This document shows positions 1 to 12,679 of a stretch of DNA of 64,000 bases, piece by piece. The stretch lies in the NCBI RefSeq assembly GCF_963921235.1, contig NC_086097.1, positions 133,984,001 to 134,048,000 on the forward strand, given 5' to 3'. The notes under the pieces are model-generated. The model was not told where the DNA came from. It searched no databases and saw only the letters and a program-made list of their open reading frames with translations. Origin of the DNA: Mobula hypostoma. Taxonomy: Eukaryota. The position numbers were made by a program, and so were the translations under genes. Position 1 is the stretch's first letter, and each line of letters opens with the position of its first letter.

Positions 1-320
1 AGTGGGGAATTTAAAATTATCAGGTATCGATAAAGTAGACAGCCAGAATCTTTCATTCAGCAATAGACATGTAGAGTGCTAGAGAACTGAGCTTTAAGGT
101 GGGGGAGGGGTGCAAGTGCTTTTTACACTGGGAGTTCCAGGTGCCTGGAGCTTGCTGCCAGGGTGATGGCAGTAGCAGATATGATAGTGGCTTTTAGACC
201 AGCACATGAATATGGAGATATGAATTATCTGCAGGCAGAAGGAATAAGTTTAATTTGGCATCGTGCTCGACACAGACACCGTGGATCTAAGGGCCTGTTC
301 CTGTGCGGCAGTGTTCCGTA
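1..320 (+). mobile_element. CR1 LINE 3' end fragment
   Basis: Matches the CR1 3' ORF2/UTR motifs seen repeatedly in the window (TTTAAGGTG..., GTGCCTGGA..GCTGCCAGGG, AAGGGCCTGTTCCTGTGC). Confidence 0.75.
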
Positions 321-859
321 TTAATTGTTCAATCAGTAATTGCAGCCTCTTCAGATCACATTTCCAACTCCCACAGGGCTCTTCCAGATATTTATTTGTC
401 CTGTTTGCATTCCTCCCCCCCCCCCGTAGCTTCCGTTAATCACTTACACCTTTACCACCCTCTTTCAGCAGCACTATCTGTATCATTCAGTGCCCTCTGC
501 TGTCCCTCATCACTGATCTTGCCTCTCATTCTCTCTGCTCCCCAGACTTCCCCCCTGCATCTGGAAATGTTTTCCAACCTTACCCAGTTCTGAAGGAAGA
601 TCACTGAACTGAAACATTAGATTGCTCTACCTCTGTGGATGCTCCCCAACCTGCTGAGTGCTTATGGCCTTTTGTAGTTTATATAAGATTAGATATCAGT
701 GACTGTGAGTGTTTAAGTTTTTTTTTAAATTATATTGTTCATTAGATCAATTGACAAGGAAATAAGTCACCAAACTTTAGGAAGTGCACACCCTAACAAC
801 AAGATTTGATCATAAACTAAAACTGCTTTTACCAGAGAGACAGCATATGACTCTAGACT

Positions 860-1145
860 GGAGACCCAGAGGCCTGTTCTGGGTTTGGAGTGCTGACTAT
901 CTGTGCGGATCGGTGAGTGGGGGGGAGGAAAGGGGCTTGTTTTGCTGTTGTTGTTCTGTTGATTGTTGTGTTCTGTGCTGCTCTGCTGAACTTTGTGGCC
1001 GTGCTATGTTGGTGCCAGAATGTGTGGCAAACCCGCGGGCTACCCCCAACACATACTTAGGTTGTGCTGATTATTAACACAAACAACATGTTTCACTGTA
1101 TGCTTGGAAGTATATGTGTTAAGTAAACCGAATCTGAATCTGAAT
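860..1145 (+). mobile_element. Non-autonomous retroposon 3' part with (CTGAAT)n tail
   Basis: Ends GAATCTGAATCTGAAT. Homologous copies at about 57540-57697 (+) and 22815-22940 (-). Confidence 0.65.
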
Positions 1146-1199
1146 GAGACCTCACCGGCAACTTCCCTAATCCTCGTTAGACAACATTATCACAAGAGA

Positions 1200-1540
1200 T
1201 TGCACTAAATGTCGCCATTACCCACAACGTCCCAGGTACTGGTATTGTTAGACTGACCACTGCCTAATCTGCACTGTAATTTCCATCAACCACTGGAAAG
1301 ACTGATCTTGATGGCCTCAAGGAGCCCATGAAAATCAAGAAACATTCATCAGAAGCTCTCACAAACTCAGTGCAACTGGTGAAAGGAGCTCACCACTGCC
1401 CACCCAGAACACCTACCCCACCCAGAACCTCCTGGCCTTCCTATGCGTCCCACACTTGCCTCATCAGCCAGCTCAGAAACCACAGAATCAGACTGGAAGC
1501 AAGACACCTTCAATACCAAGCGACTGCCTAAAGTAGAAGG
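1200..1540 (+). mobile_element. RTE-clade LINE 3' end fragment
   Basis: The frame of ORF 1328-1531 reads CLISQLRNH, resembling the C-terminal GLISHLRTH zinc-finger remnant of RTE ORFs, followed by a short 3' UTR. Confidence 0.5.
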
Positions 1541-1549
1541 TAGAGTACT

Positions 1550-2830
1550 ATAGTATATAAACAGGCCCTATGGCACAACAGGTCCATGCCAACCACAGCT
1601 TCCTCCCTGCTAGTCCCAATTGCCTGCATAACCCTCCAAGCCCTGCCCCTCCATGTACCCGCCTGAATCACTTCCTCTGGGAACTCATTACCCTCTGTGT
1701 TAAGAAATTATCTCTCAGAACTCTTAAACCTGTAACACGCTGTAATGTTTCACTGCTAAGGCTAATGTAGTGGCTTCTATGTAACGTTCCACTGTTAAGG
1801 TAATGGTTTCTCTGTAGCAGCAATGTTTGGGTTATGACTAGAGATAACGGGACTTTGGAATTCAGTGGCTATCCAATGGAAGAAATGTTGTTCTTTCTTG
1901 TGTGTCTGGGAGCCGGGTTTTTCGTGGTTTTTTGTCGAGGAGAGGTGAAGAGGGAAGACGCATGTGGAGAGAGATGAAGAGGGAAGACGAGTGTGGAGAG
2001 AGCTGGTAGATCACCAGACGGAGTGGACAGGGATCTGAGGGTCCGAAGGTCGGCCACGTTCGGGGGAGACCGATGGTGGAAGAATGACTGCTGAGTGAGC
2101 TCCAACGTAATTTTGACTTTGACTTGGGCCTTTTTTTTTGTTTTGTTTTTTTTTCATTACTAACCCTATATTCAGAATAAGATTCATAAAGTCTATCATT
2201 TAATTGCATATGGTGTACTGTCTGATATTTTGCATTGTGGGTTTGTAACTGGAGGTATGTTACACAGCATCCACACAAACGTGATTACCCAGTTTGTCGG
2301 AGCCGAAAGCTGATTCCCCTAGACGAACGTGAGCTGGGAGAGCCTGAGGGTTACAAATCGTTCCCGCTTTTCTTATATCTGTGCTCTATAGTTTTGGATT
2401 ACCCAACTCTGAGAAGAAGACTATCATTTCCCACCTTATCCATTTCCCTTGTGATTTTATACACTTTATTGAGGTCACCCCTCATTCTCCTGTGCTTTTG
2501 GAATACAGACCCAGAGTGGCCAAACTCTCGCAATAACTCTGACCCTCCAGTCCAGGCAACATACTTGTAAATACCTTCTGCACCCTCTCCACTTTGACTT
2601 TCCTCTAACAGGGTGACCAACACCATAAATAATACTCCAAGTACGGCCTCGCCGGCCAATGTCCCCTACTCCTAAACTTTATGTCCTGAATGAAGGAGGC
2701 TAGCATGCTAAGTACCTTCTTCACCATCCTGTCTGCTTGCATGGCCGAACTGTGCACTTGTGCTCCCAGGTCCCTCTGTTCCACAACACTCGCCACAGTG
2801 CCTGCCATTCCCAGTATAACATGGAGAAGA
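1550..2830 (-). mobile_element. CR1 LINE fragment interrupted by a solo LTR
   Basis: Antisense CR1 3' ORF2 and tail. The sequence is continuous across the 1731-2355 insertion. Confidence 0.75.
1731..2355. mobile_element. Solo LTR (625 bp)
   Basis: Begins TGTAAC and ends GTTACA (inverted termini). Flanked by AACC/AATC (4-bp TSD, 1 mismatch). Cleanly splits a CR1 copy and retains CpGs. Confidence 0.8.
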
Positions 2831-3161
2831 AGATTGTGTTTCCACCCCATTAGGAATTCTCATGCTGAGCCAGATTTCTTTTTAATGTTAAGTAATACGG
2901 TCATTACACTATTTTACTTTTCTAAATTATCATTCAATGCTGTGTGCTAAAATGCTAATGCGGATACATGGCAATTTCTTCAAGTACTTGAAATATTTTA
3001 CCCACATCGTAATTGTGCATTTATTGCAACCTTACAATGGAATATGATTGAATAAAAAGAAAATCCTCTCTTACATTTCATTCCACCAAATGATAACTTC
3101 AGTCCACACAACTTACCTGTTGGAGAATAGTCAAAAAACTGCTGAGATGTAGCAAGGTCTA

Positions 3162-3746
3162 CATGGGCTGAGTTGAAGCAGGTGGGGGACCACTTTGATG
3201 AGCACCTCTGCTCCATCTGCCAAAAGTGGAATTTCCCAGTGCCCAACCATTTTAATTCCTAACCTCATTCCCATTCCAAAATGTCAGCCATGGCCTCCTC
3301 CAATCTGCCATGATGAGGCCACTCTCAGGTTGAAGGAGCAACACCTCATGTTCCATCTAGGTAGCATCCAACCTGATGGCATGATCATCGATTTCTCCTT
3401 CCAGTATTTATTTTTCTTTTCCCCTCCCCATTCCCTCTTCTTCTATTCCCCACTCTGGCCTCTTACCTCTTCTCCTCACCTGCCTATCACCTCCCCTTGG
3501 TGCCCCTCCTTCTTCCCTTTCTCCCATGGTCCACTCTCCTCTCCTATCAGATTCCTTCTTCTCCAACCCTTTACCTTTCCCACCTGGCTTCACCTATCAC
3601 TTTCTAACTGTCCTCCTTCCCCTCCCTCCAACTTTTTATTCTGGCATTTTCCCCCTTCTTTTCTAGTCCTGATGAAGAGTCTCAGTCTAAAACACCACCT
3701 CCATAGATACTGCCTGACCTGTTAAGTTCCTCCACCATTTTGTGTG
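3162..3746 (+). mobile_element. Penelope-like element 3' part (GIY-YIG endonuclease C-terminus plus terminal repeat)
   Basis: ORF 3195-3725 contains EATLRLKEQHLMFHLGSIQPDGMIIDFS, typical of the Penelope GIY-YIG C-terminus. Pyrimidine-rich UTR and degenerate hammerhead motif at about 3665-3695. Imperfect TSD TGTAGCAAGGTCTA/TGTGGCAGGGTCTA. Confidence 0.85.
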
Positions 3747-4199
3747 TGTGGCAGGGTCTAATGGAAACAGATTGTTTATAGTGGATAATTGATATAAATG
3801 CATTCTCACTTACAATTTCGCTGCATTTTTAGAGAAAGATGCACATAGCAAGAATTTGTCTACCAAAATGGTATTAATTCTTTTTTTAAAGAGTCAAAAG
3901 TGTAAAAGTGAAATCACACAACTGAAATGAACCACAAAAGGCAGCTAAAATAAAATGAGAAAAAGAATTAAAGTCATCAAGCAAATGAATGTCCATTGAG
4001 CTTTTCTTTGTTTAAATCTCCAGGTAAATGACACATGTGTTCAACAGAAAACTATAAAACTGAATGAATGTTACAAGAGGAACAACAATAAGGAATAACA
4101 AGGGCAACAGTATGTTGACATGTGTTGCAGCTAAGGGAAATGGGTCCCTTATGCAGGGAACAAGGATAAACATGGGTTACACTTACAGCCTCAGCAACG

Positions 4200-4640
4200 T
4201 ATATCTAGTTGTCCTTTCATGATCTGCATGACAATGAGGTCAACCAAAATCTTGCTGACCATTTCACAGCACCAATGTCCTACTTGCTTCTTGCCTCTTT
4301 ACTTGGTGACCACATTGGTTTCTACTCAAGCAACAATTCAATAATGTCATTTTTGCACTTGTTCTCAACTACTTCCATGATCCCACCTGTTTTCTAGCTC
4401 CCTTCTCCAAAATCTCCCAGTTCCTCCTCAAGAGGATCCCAGCACTTATTCATTCCTCCTTAAATTTTTGAGGCCCTAAGCTGTGGAATTCCCCCCTAGA
4501 TATCACCACTTTTAAAACAATCCTTAAAACTTTTCCCTTTGAATCTGCCATCTATTCTAATGTTTGATTAGATTGTTTGGAATCACTGTTTGTCTGATTA
4601 TGCTCCTATGCAACTGATTTGGTGTGCTTTGTTACTTTAA
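4200..4640 (+). mobile_element. Old L2-type LINE 3' fragment
   Basis: GGCCCTAAGCTGTGGAATTCCC...TTTAAAACAATCCTTAAAAC corresponds to the LWNSLP...FK..LKT end of L2 ORF2. Confidence 0.5.
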
Positions 4641-5859
4641 ACCTACTAAATATATGCACCGCACATACATTGCTGGAGAAACTCAGCAGCAGGTCAGGCA
4701 GCATCTATGGAAGTGAATAAACAGTCAACATTTTGGGCCGAGACCCTTCATCATATTGAAAGTTCACCTAACCACTATCTTTACCTTCAATAGTGAGCAA
4801 AGGAAGAAAACATTTCTATAACTGATCGAATAACTCTGAAAAGGAGCAAGGTATCCTGGTTGGAGGGGGGTGTGGTTTGATAGATCGGAGCTGCTCATAA
4901 ACCGAAGTGTTTTATGGAGGATAGTTGGAAGAAATAAATATCTTCTAAATGTAGAAAACGCTTCATCATCAGCTTCTTCTGATAAAATGGACAGTGAATC
5001 GGCAGATGGAATTTAGTCATGAAAGATGAGAGGTGATGCATTTTGGGAGAACAACCAGGGCTAATAAGGTCTGCGAGGCTAATGGCAGACAGAACTACTC
5101 ATCGGTTCTTGGCTCAGAGTTGATACCACAAGATCAACATTTTGTTGTACAACCTATGCTACTGCTTTAAAAAAAAGTTTAAAAGAAATAAATATCAAAG
5201 GTGTTAAATTGTTTCAGAAATAAAGCATAAGGCTTAACGGGAATTTGCAACCTCTAGCATAACCTATTTTCTAACAGTGATCTGCCCAAAATTTTAAAAG
5301 TACACCAGAGGACTTGATTCTAAGCTTAGAGGGGAGAACTTTAAAGGCAACGTAAGGGACAAGTTTTTTTTACACAGAGAGTGCAAAGTGCCTGGAATAG
5401 GTTGAGAGACTTTTAGGTAGAAACGTGAATATGAAGGGAATGAGGCATATTGGTGACACACAGGAGGATGATGTTTAGTATAAATTAGTATCAGGATCAG
5501 CACAACATTGTTGATGTTGTCTTTCAGTTTTCTTCTTTGATCAGAGATGAAGATAAAAGGTAGTGGTTAGACAAACTTTAGATTCCCGTTAGCAGAAATG
5601 AAGGATCTCAATCCAAAATGCCCACTGTCCTTTTCTCTCCATAGAAGCTATCTGACCTGCTGAATTCTTCCAGCGTTTTGTGTGCTGCTTCAGATTCCAA
5701 CACCTGAAGTATACTGTGTCTCCTCTTGCTTTAACTAAGTTAAAACTTAAAAAGAAAATGTTAGGTTATAAATGCTGCATCTGCCTCACCCCTTCATCTG
5801 AAATCTAAATTAAATCCATAGCAGCTGCTAGTAAAGTTCAGCTTCATTGACCTTGCATT

Positions 5860-6530
5860 TTTTTTGTGAGTACATTCTCTCTCTCCCAGTGAAGTGCAAC
5901 ACCAAGAAGTTACTACACTGTTAGATATGCTGTTCTGTGGATAATATTTTAAAACAAAGTTCTGCCTGCTCTTTCGGATGGGAGGAGAGGAGATAATAGA
6001 TCCCATGGCATTACCCTGAGGAAAAGCAAGTAAACGTTTTTTGCTAGTGGTGTAGCTAATGTTTATCTATCAACAAACACCAGAAAAGATCACCCAGTCA
6101 ATATTGCATTGTTGTTTTGTGGGAGCTTGCTATACGCAGAATCAGAATCATGTTTAATATCAAAGGCATATGTTGTGAAATATTTTGTTTTGCGGCAGTA
6201 CATTGCAATACATAATAAAAAAGGTAAGTTATAATAAGAAATATATTTAAATAATCAATTAAGAAGTAGTGCAAAAAGATCAAAGAGGAAAAAATGTTGA
6301 GGTAGGGTACATGAGTTCGTTCTACATTCAGAAATCTGATGGTGGTGGGGAAGTAGCTATTCCTAAAACATTGAGTGTGTGTCTTCAGGCTCCTGTACCT
6401 CCTCAATGGAGGTGCCTACTTGACACAAATAGGCTGCTGCAATTCCTGCACTGTATTAGTAAATGCTCTTCAAACATATTTATTATCTTGAATGTACTTT
6501 GGATCATCAAAGGGTGCTATTTAAATGCAC
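5860..6530 (+). mobile_element. Deu-domain SINE (SacSINE1/AmnSINE1-like), interrupted by a Rex1-like insertion
   Basis: AGATCCCATGGCA..., TTGTGGGAGCTTGCT, CAAATAGGCTGCTGC and GTGCTATTTAAATGCA match the Deu-SINE body and tail. Confidence 0.65.
6138..6415 (-). mobile_element. Rex1/Babar-like LINE 3' end
   Basis: ORF 6098-6406 reads RRYRSLKTHTQCFRNSYFPTTIRFLN, the Rex1-type C-terminal motif, with a (TTCTGA)n tail. Confidence 0.8.
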
Positions 6531-7471
6531 AGATGATGCCAATGGCAACAGCAGCAAGCTGAATTTTGCCAGCAATTACACTTGACATTACCACCTGCAG
6601 CACAAACTTTGAAAAAGATTGGTGAAATTTAAGTGCAAATGACAGGATTATTCTTCATCTGCCTCAATCCATGAAGCATTCATGCTAACAATGCTACAAA
6701 GGCTACGCCTTCTTCAGGACTTCTTGGGGAATTGGGTCTCTAAAGGGGATGGCCAGAGGTTTAGCAGATGCTGAAGATTATCCCCAGAATTCACAGTTGT
6801 TTCGCCACTGATGGAAGAGGCCGTTTTCTGTTTCTCAATGATAGGAAGAGTTACAGAAGTTCATGTGATTCATTGAAGGAGTTTCTGTCCCTATCTTTTG
6901 CATTGTTAATAATCTTCAAAGCCATTTAACCATCTCACTGGAATTACATCAATACATAACTAAACAACTGAACTTAATTTGTACCAGAGGCTAAGCCTTG
7001 AATGAAGTAGCCACAATGTGCGTCACACAAGACAACATTTTGGCTCATGGTCACTTCAGAACTCTTGCTAACACTGTTTTTTAACAAAAATCCCTCAGTG
7101 AACAAGGCTGCAAGCCAGAAAATGAATAACCAATGCACTGCATCATTGGGCACATTGCTTACGCAATGTAAACACTTTATGCGATTTCAAACTGTTCCCT
7201 GATGCAAATCAGCTCCCTACCATACTTGAGTATTCCAATATACTAGCCACATATCAAATTAATGCATACTTCTTGCAAGGAACATTTAATTTACCAAATT
7301 AAAAATCACATTCAGTGAATGAGTGGAGCTTATTTGTTATTAAGAGTAAGGAGATGTTTAGAAGATGAGATGATTTTATAATACTTATTCAAACCGTTTT
7401 CACACGAGTCACTTTTTCCTTCCTTGAAACCCACACCCCCCTTTCTCCTATATTTTTTTGTTTCGTCTCCT

Positions 7472-8130
7472 TCAAAGTTCAAAGTAAATTTATTATCTAA
7501 GTACATATATGTCACCATATACAACCCTGAGATTCATTTTCTTGTGAAAATACTCAGTAAATCCAATAACCATAATGGAATCAATGAAAAACTGCACCAG
7601 CTTGGGCACTCAACTAGTGAGCAAAAGACAACAAATTGTGAAAATACAAAATAATAATAAATAAGCAATAAATATCTAGAGTGTGAGATGAAGAGTTCTT
7701 GAAAGCGAGTCCATAGGTTGGGGAACATTTCAGTTATGGGGCGAGTGAAGGTGAGTGAAGTTATCCCCTTCGGTTCAAGAGCCTGATGGCTGAGGGGTAA
7801 TAACTGTTCCTGAGAGTTCTGAGGCTCATGTACTTTCTTCCTAATGACAGCAGCGAGAAGAGAAAATGTCCTGAGTGGTGGGGGTCCTTGATGATGGTTA
7901 CTGCTTTCCTGCGACAACGCTTCATGTATATGTGTTCAATGGTGGGGAGGGTTTTCCATAGCAGGTTGTGATGCAGAAAGTCAATATACTCTCCACTACA
8001 CGTCCATAAAAGTTTGCCGAAGTTTTAGATGTCATGACAAATCTTTACAGGAAGTAGAGGTGCTGCCGTACTTTCTTCATAATTGCACTTAGGTGCTGGG
8101 CTCAGGACAGGTCCTCGGAAATAATAACGA
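7472..8130 (-). mobile_element. Rex1/Babar-like LINE 3' fragment
   Basis: (CTTTGAA)n tail on the minus strand and decayed ORF motifs (IIKDPHHSGHFLFSLL). Confidence 0.75.
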
Positions 8131-8399
8131 GGAATTTCTCAACCTACTTGAGATTTTTTCTTCCAAACAAACCCAGTACCCACAAAGTTAAATATGACCA
8201 CATTTCAAGCAGCATGTTAAAAATGCTCAATATGCATGTGTGCAAGAATACATGCTCATTATTAATGTTTAATAATTATTGGTATGGTCCCAAGCACTTG
8301 TTGCCTCTGTCATCATTATGAACCTTGACTTCTCGCCTTGATTCTCCAATGAAAAAAGTCAGATTCCTCACTTTTCAGAAAAAAAGGTAGAACTAAAAT

Positions 8400-8537
8400 A
8401 TCCAGTCCTGTTGAAGGGTCTCAGCCCCAAATGTCAACTGTGCTCTTTTCCATAGATGCTGCCTGGCCTACTGAGTTCCTCCAACATTTTGTGTGTGTTG
8501 CTTGGATTTCCAGCATCTGCAGATTTTCTCTTGCTTG
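8400..8537 (+). mobile_element. Penelope-derived mini element with decayed hammerhead motif
   Basis: CCAGTCCTGTTGAAGGGTCTCAGCCCCAAATGTCAACTG...GATGCTGCCTGGCCTACTGAGTTCCTCC. Perfect 10-bp TSD GAACTAAAAT (8390-8399 and 8538-8547). Confidence 0.8.
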
Positions 8538-8699
8538 GAACTAAAATCTTTGATTTTTTTTAAATGAAAACCCAAAGCAAGAGCAGAATTTATTTTATGT
8601 AGCAGTTGTGAGCTGAAGTGTAATATCTACAGATCTGGTGGAAATTGATTTGGTTGGAATTTAATGTTATAGAATTTGATCTTGGATTTCGAATTTTAT

Positions 8700-9840
8700 T
8701 TAGACTCTTGAGAGGGGACAGAAACGTTTTGCAAGGGTGTTGTTTGGATTGGAGGATTGTGGTATAAGGGATTGTGGACAAACTTGGCTTGTTTTCTCTG
8801 GAGTGGCAGAGTTTGAGGGGAGACGTGATAGAATTCTATAAGATTATGAGTAGCATCGAAAGAGTATATAGCCAGCATCTAGATCCCAGGGTAGAAATGT
8901 CTAACATCAGACAGCATGCATTTAAGGTGAGAGGAGATTAGCCCAAAGGAGATGTATTACTATTGGTATTGGTGTTCGTTTATTATTGTCACCTGGACAA
9001 AGATACAATGCAAAGTTTGATTTGTATACTGTTTATACAGATCAAATTATCACACAGTGCATTGAGTTAGAATAAGGTAAAACAATAACAAAGCAGAATA
9101 AAGAATAAAAGCTATGGAGAAAGTGCAGTGCTGATAAACGACAAAGTGCACGATCATAACAAGGTAGAGCATGAGGCCAAGAGTCCCATATCATACAAGA
9201 GTTCTGTTCAAAAGTTTGATAATGGTGGGATAAAAGCTGTCCTTGAGCCTGGTGGTTGGTGCCTTTAGGCTTTCATATCTTTTACCCAATGAGAGAGGGG
9301 AGAAGAGCGAATGTTCACAGTGGTGGGGTCTTTGATTATGCTGGCTGCCTAACTGAGGCAGCAATAAGGATAGACAGAGTCCATGGAGGGTAGGCTGGTT
9401 TCTGTGATGTTGTGAGCTGTGTTCACAACTTTCAGTAGTTTCTTGCAGAAATGTGTAGAGCAGTTGGCATACCAAGCTGTTAAGCACCAGGACAGAACGC
9501 TTTCTCGGGTGCATCGATAAAAATTGGTAAGAGTTGATAGAGACATGCAGAATTTCTTATAGCCTCCTGAGGAAGCAGAGGCTTTGGTGAGTTGTGCGGG
9601 GCAAGTTTTTTACAATGGAGAATGATGGGTGCCTGAAATGTGCCGGTAGGGGTGATTGTTGGGGCAGATATGTCAGAAGCATTTAAGACACTCTTAGGTA
9701 CACACAAGAACATGCAGATAATAGAGGTATATGGATTTGTGTAGGCAGACAGGGCTAGCTTAGTAGGTTTCCAATTATGTATTTAATTAGCTCAGCACAA
9801 CAATATGGGTGGAAATGTCCATTTCTGCTGCACTGTTCTA
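8700..9840 (+). mobile_element. CR1 3' fragment with a nested antisense Rex1-like copy (about 8958-9590)
   Basis: CR1 AAAGGAGATGT...GTGCGGGGCAAGTTTTTTAC is split by a minus-strand Rex1-like ORF (LTNFYRCTRESVLSWCLTAWY; KRYESLKAPTTRLKDSFYP). Confidence 0.75.
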
Positions 9841-10824
9841 CTGTAAGTTGCATGATACTGAGTTCTGCATACTGCAATGCGGCTAGATGAGGTGTTGTTC
9901 CTCAAAAGTGCCTTGGGTCTTGTTCTAACAATACAGGGGGTCATAGGCAGATAGCTCAGAGTGGGAATGGACAGGAAATTAATGTTGTCCAGTAGGATTG
10001 AGATAGAACATTAAAATTCTATGCAGGAGACACAAGAGTCTTACAGATGCTGGAATCTGGAGCAACATACAAAATGTTAGTGGAACTCTATGGGTCAGGC
10101 TGCATTTATGAAGATTTCATGTACTGCCCTGGGTTTTCTCTCTTTGCCAGTTCTGATAGAAAAGTCTCAGACTGAAACATTAGCTTTCCTGTACTCAATT
10201 CAAGTTTCCAAAATTTTAAAATTATGATTTTCATTTAGTTGGAAATTTTCCAAAATGGCATTTGATAATTACTTCAGAAGCAAATATCAGTTGGGTTGTG
10301 TAAGTTGGGTGGGGAATGGGGATCAATCAGGGTGCAAGAGTTGGCTTGAGCAAATAGGGCTGAGGTCCATCAGCATACATGCGCAGGAGTTAAATCTCAC
10401 GAAAACTAACTTTTTGTAAATGCTGCACAGTACCATACAAAGACAAACATGTTAACATAAACTTAAAGTAATATAAATTATATTAATTTATATCAAATTA
10501 TTTTACATATGTTAATTATCTCAGCTGACCTCACTTTATTGAGAGCAGAATTAAAAAGTCACTTTATGGAAGTCATACCAATTGCCATTTACTGTATCTC
10601 CCACTAATGGAAGTACCAAGAAATAAATGCCCATTGGCATAAGAGCCCAAGAGGTCTTGTTTGATGTAATGTTGTGTGATGTACTGCCTGAAGTGGATGG
10701 GAAAATCAGTAGGAAATTGGAAAAGTATAAGAACAGGAACACTAGGGAGATAAAAGCATTGGATGAGCTGGAGACCTCATTCCAAAGTTAGCACAGGTAT
10801 AATGGTCTGAATGGAATTAGGGAG

Positions 10825-11750
10825 TAATACAGCATAGAAACAGGCCAGTTGGCCCAATTCGACTAAGGTGCACACCTAAGCTAGTCCCATTTGCTCACTT
10901 TTGGCCCATATCTCTCTAAACCTTTTCTATGCACACTCTTATCCAAATGTCTTTTTCATGCTGTTATTGTACCTGCCTCAACTACATTCTCTGGCAGCTT
11001 ATTCCATGTAGATGCCAACCTCTGCATGAAGAGGTTTCCCCCAGTCCCTTTAAAATCTTTCTCTCTCACCTTAAACCAGTGCTCTCTACTATTTAGTTCA
11101 CTTTCCCTGGGGGAAAAAAGACTGCGTACATTCACATATGTGTGCCTAATGACTTTAGACACTCCTACAAGCTCATCCCTCAGTTTCCTGCATTTTAAAG
11201 ACACCTCCCACCCTGGTCATTCCCTCTTCTTTCCCCTTCCACTGGGCAGAAGATACAAAAGTTTCAGAACGTGTACCACTAGGTTCACTAATAGCTTCTA
11301 TCCCACAGTTATACGACCCTTAAATGATAAAGATTAACTCTTGATCTCTCAATCTCCTACATCATGACCCATGCACTTGTCTACCTACACTGCACTTTCT
11401 TTGTAACTGTAACATTATACTCTGCATTCTGTTATCGTACTCCCTCTTGTATTACCTCAATGTAATTACAAATTAAATCCACTGAGATGCAATGTTGTAA
11501 AATAATAAAACATGAAAACTTCCAATGGGGAGGAAATAGTTTTTATAGGCACTGTATGTATGGTAAGATCTATTTGGGTAGTAGGTAGATAAAAACTGTA
11601 TCTCAGTACATGTAGCTACAATAAACCAATTACTAATTACCAAAAATTAAAGTCCTAGCCTGCCTACCTCTCCCTATAAATCAGGCCCTCAAATCCAGGT
11701 AACATCCTCATAAGTCTTCTTTGTACTTTGTCCATCTTGATAATGTTTTT
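10825..11750 (-). mobile_element. CR1 3' fragment with a nested sense Rex1-like copy (about 11196-11640)
   Basis: Minus ORF 10956-11204 (FKVREKDFKG...WNKLPENVVEAGTI) is CR1. The plus frame GRRYKSFRTCTTRFTNSFYPTVIRPLN is Rex1-like. Confidence 0.75.
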
Positions 11751-11843
11751 TCCGCCTTGAATGATTGCCTACTGCGCTGCATCACTCTATGTTAATTCTG
11801 TCTTGCACTTCAAGTACTTTACCTGACTTGATTAGATTTAAGG

Positions 11844-11902
11844 ATACAATAATAATCTGTTCAGTTCTCGGTAAGAATACAATAATAATCTGTTCAGTTC
11901 TC
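11844..11902. repeat. Local tandem duplication (26-bp unit, period 33)
   Basis: ATACAATAATAATCTGTTCAGTTCTC occurs identically at 11844-11869 and 11877-11902. Confidence 0.9.
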
Positions 11903-12679
11903 ATGTTAACTATTCGGTGCTCTAAATATAAATCATTCTTTTGTTGGATAAGTCAGTTCCAAGAGATGGATCAGGCCATTCGTGACAGCAGAGATGGCAA
12001 TCCCTGCAAACACATTGTCACTTCGTGTAAGAATGGTCCTGGCTCACCTAGACAGTTGGCACTGTGGTGGGAGGCAAGATGGGTTTGTTATGGAGGGAAC
12101 AAGAGATTGGGCTGGCACAGCCTTGGGGCTCACAGCAATTTCAGCTTAACACAGCAGGCATTTCAGGATCTATTGTCATCATCATTGGATGGCAAGGTGT
12201 ATAAAAATGGGAGTAAACTAGCAGTGAAAGAGAGGGGGCACATCAGCAAACAAAAACTTACATTAACACACAAAGAAAAACATGACCCTGAGGTTTCTTA
12301 AGCAAAAGAGAACAAATCAAAATGTTGTATAAAAATCTAGATTAAAATATCATGGGATAACGTCCAAGTACAATAAGAATGAATGTATATGTATATTTTT
12401 TTTAATTCACAGATGAAGAATGAACATAACCAGTGGAGGGAAGTATATGAAGGAAATAGTATTCTCTCCAATGCACAAGTTGTTAAATCAATAATTTGGC
12501 TGATGTCAAGCCCTAAATAAACCAGACCTGAACATCACAGCCAAGCAGAATGAAAATCAAATCGGATAAGAGACGGGTAACTGTAACTCACACTGTTTAC
12601 TGGCTTTTTTTTCTGGTAAGGGGAGAGGGAGTAGTGGGGTGAGGAGATGGAATGGGGGGGTGGAATATGTGTGGGCGGG

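Noticed and set aside
5790..6015. Apparent minus-strand exon (acceptor CTTTTCCTCAG, ORF 5794-6006 MGSIISSPP...)
   Set aside because: It is the antisense of a Deu-domain SINE, and the peptide resembles nothing I recognise.
11844..11902. Direct repeat pair resembling a CRISPR repeat
   Set aside because: Only two units with a 7-bp spacer, no cas genes and a vertebrate context. It is a simple tandem duplication.
11765..12301. Longest ORF in the track (178 aa)
   Set aside because: Non-ATG start, contains a local tandem duplication, and has no recognisable domain or convincing splice frame. Likely chance.
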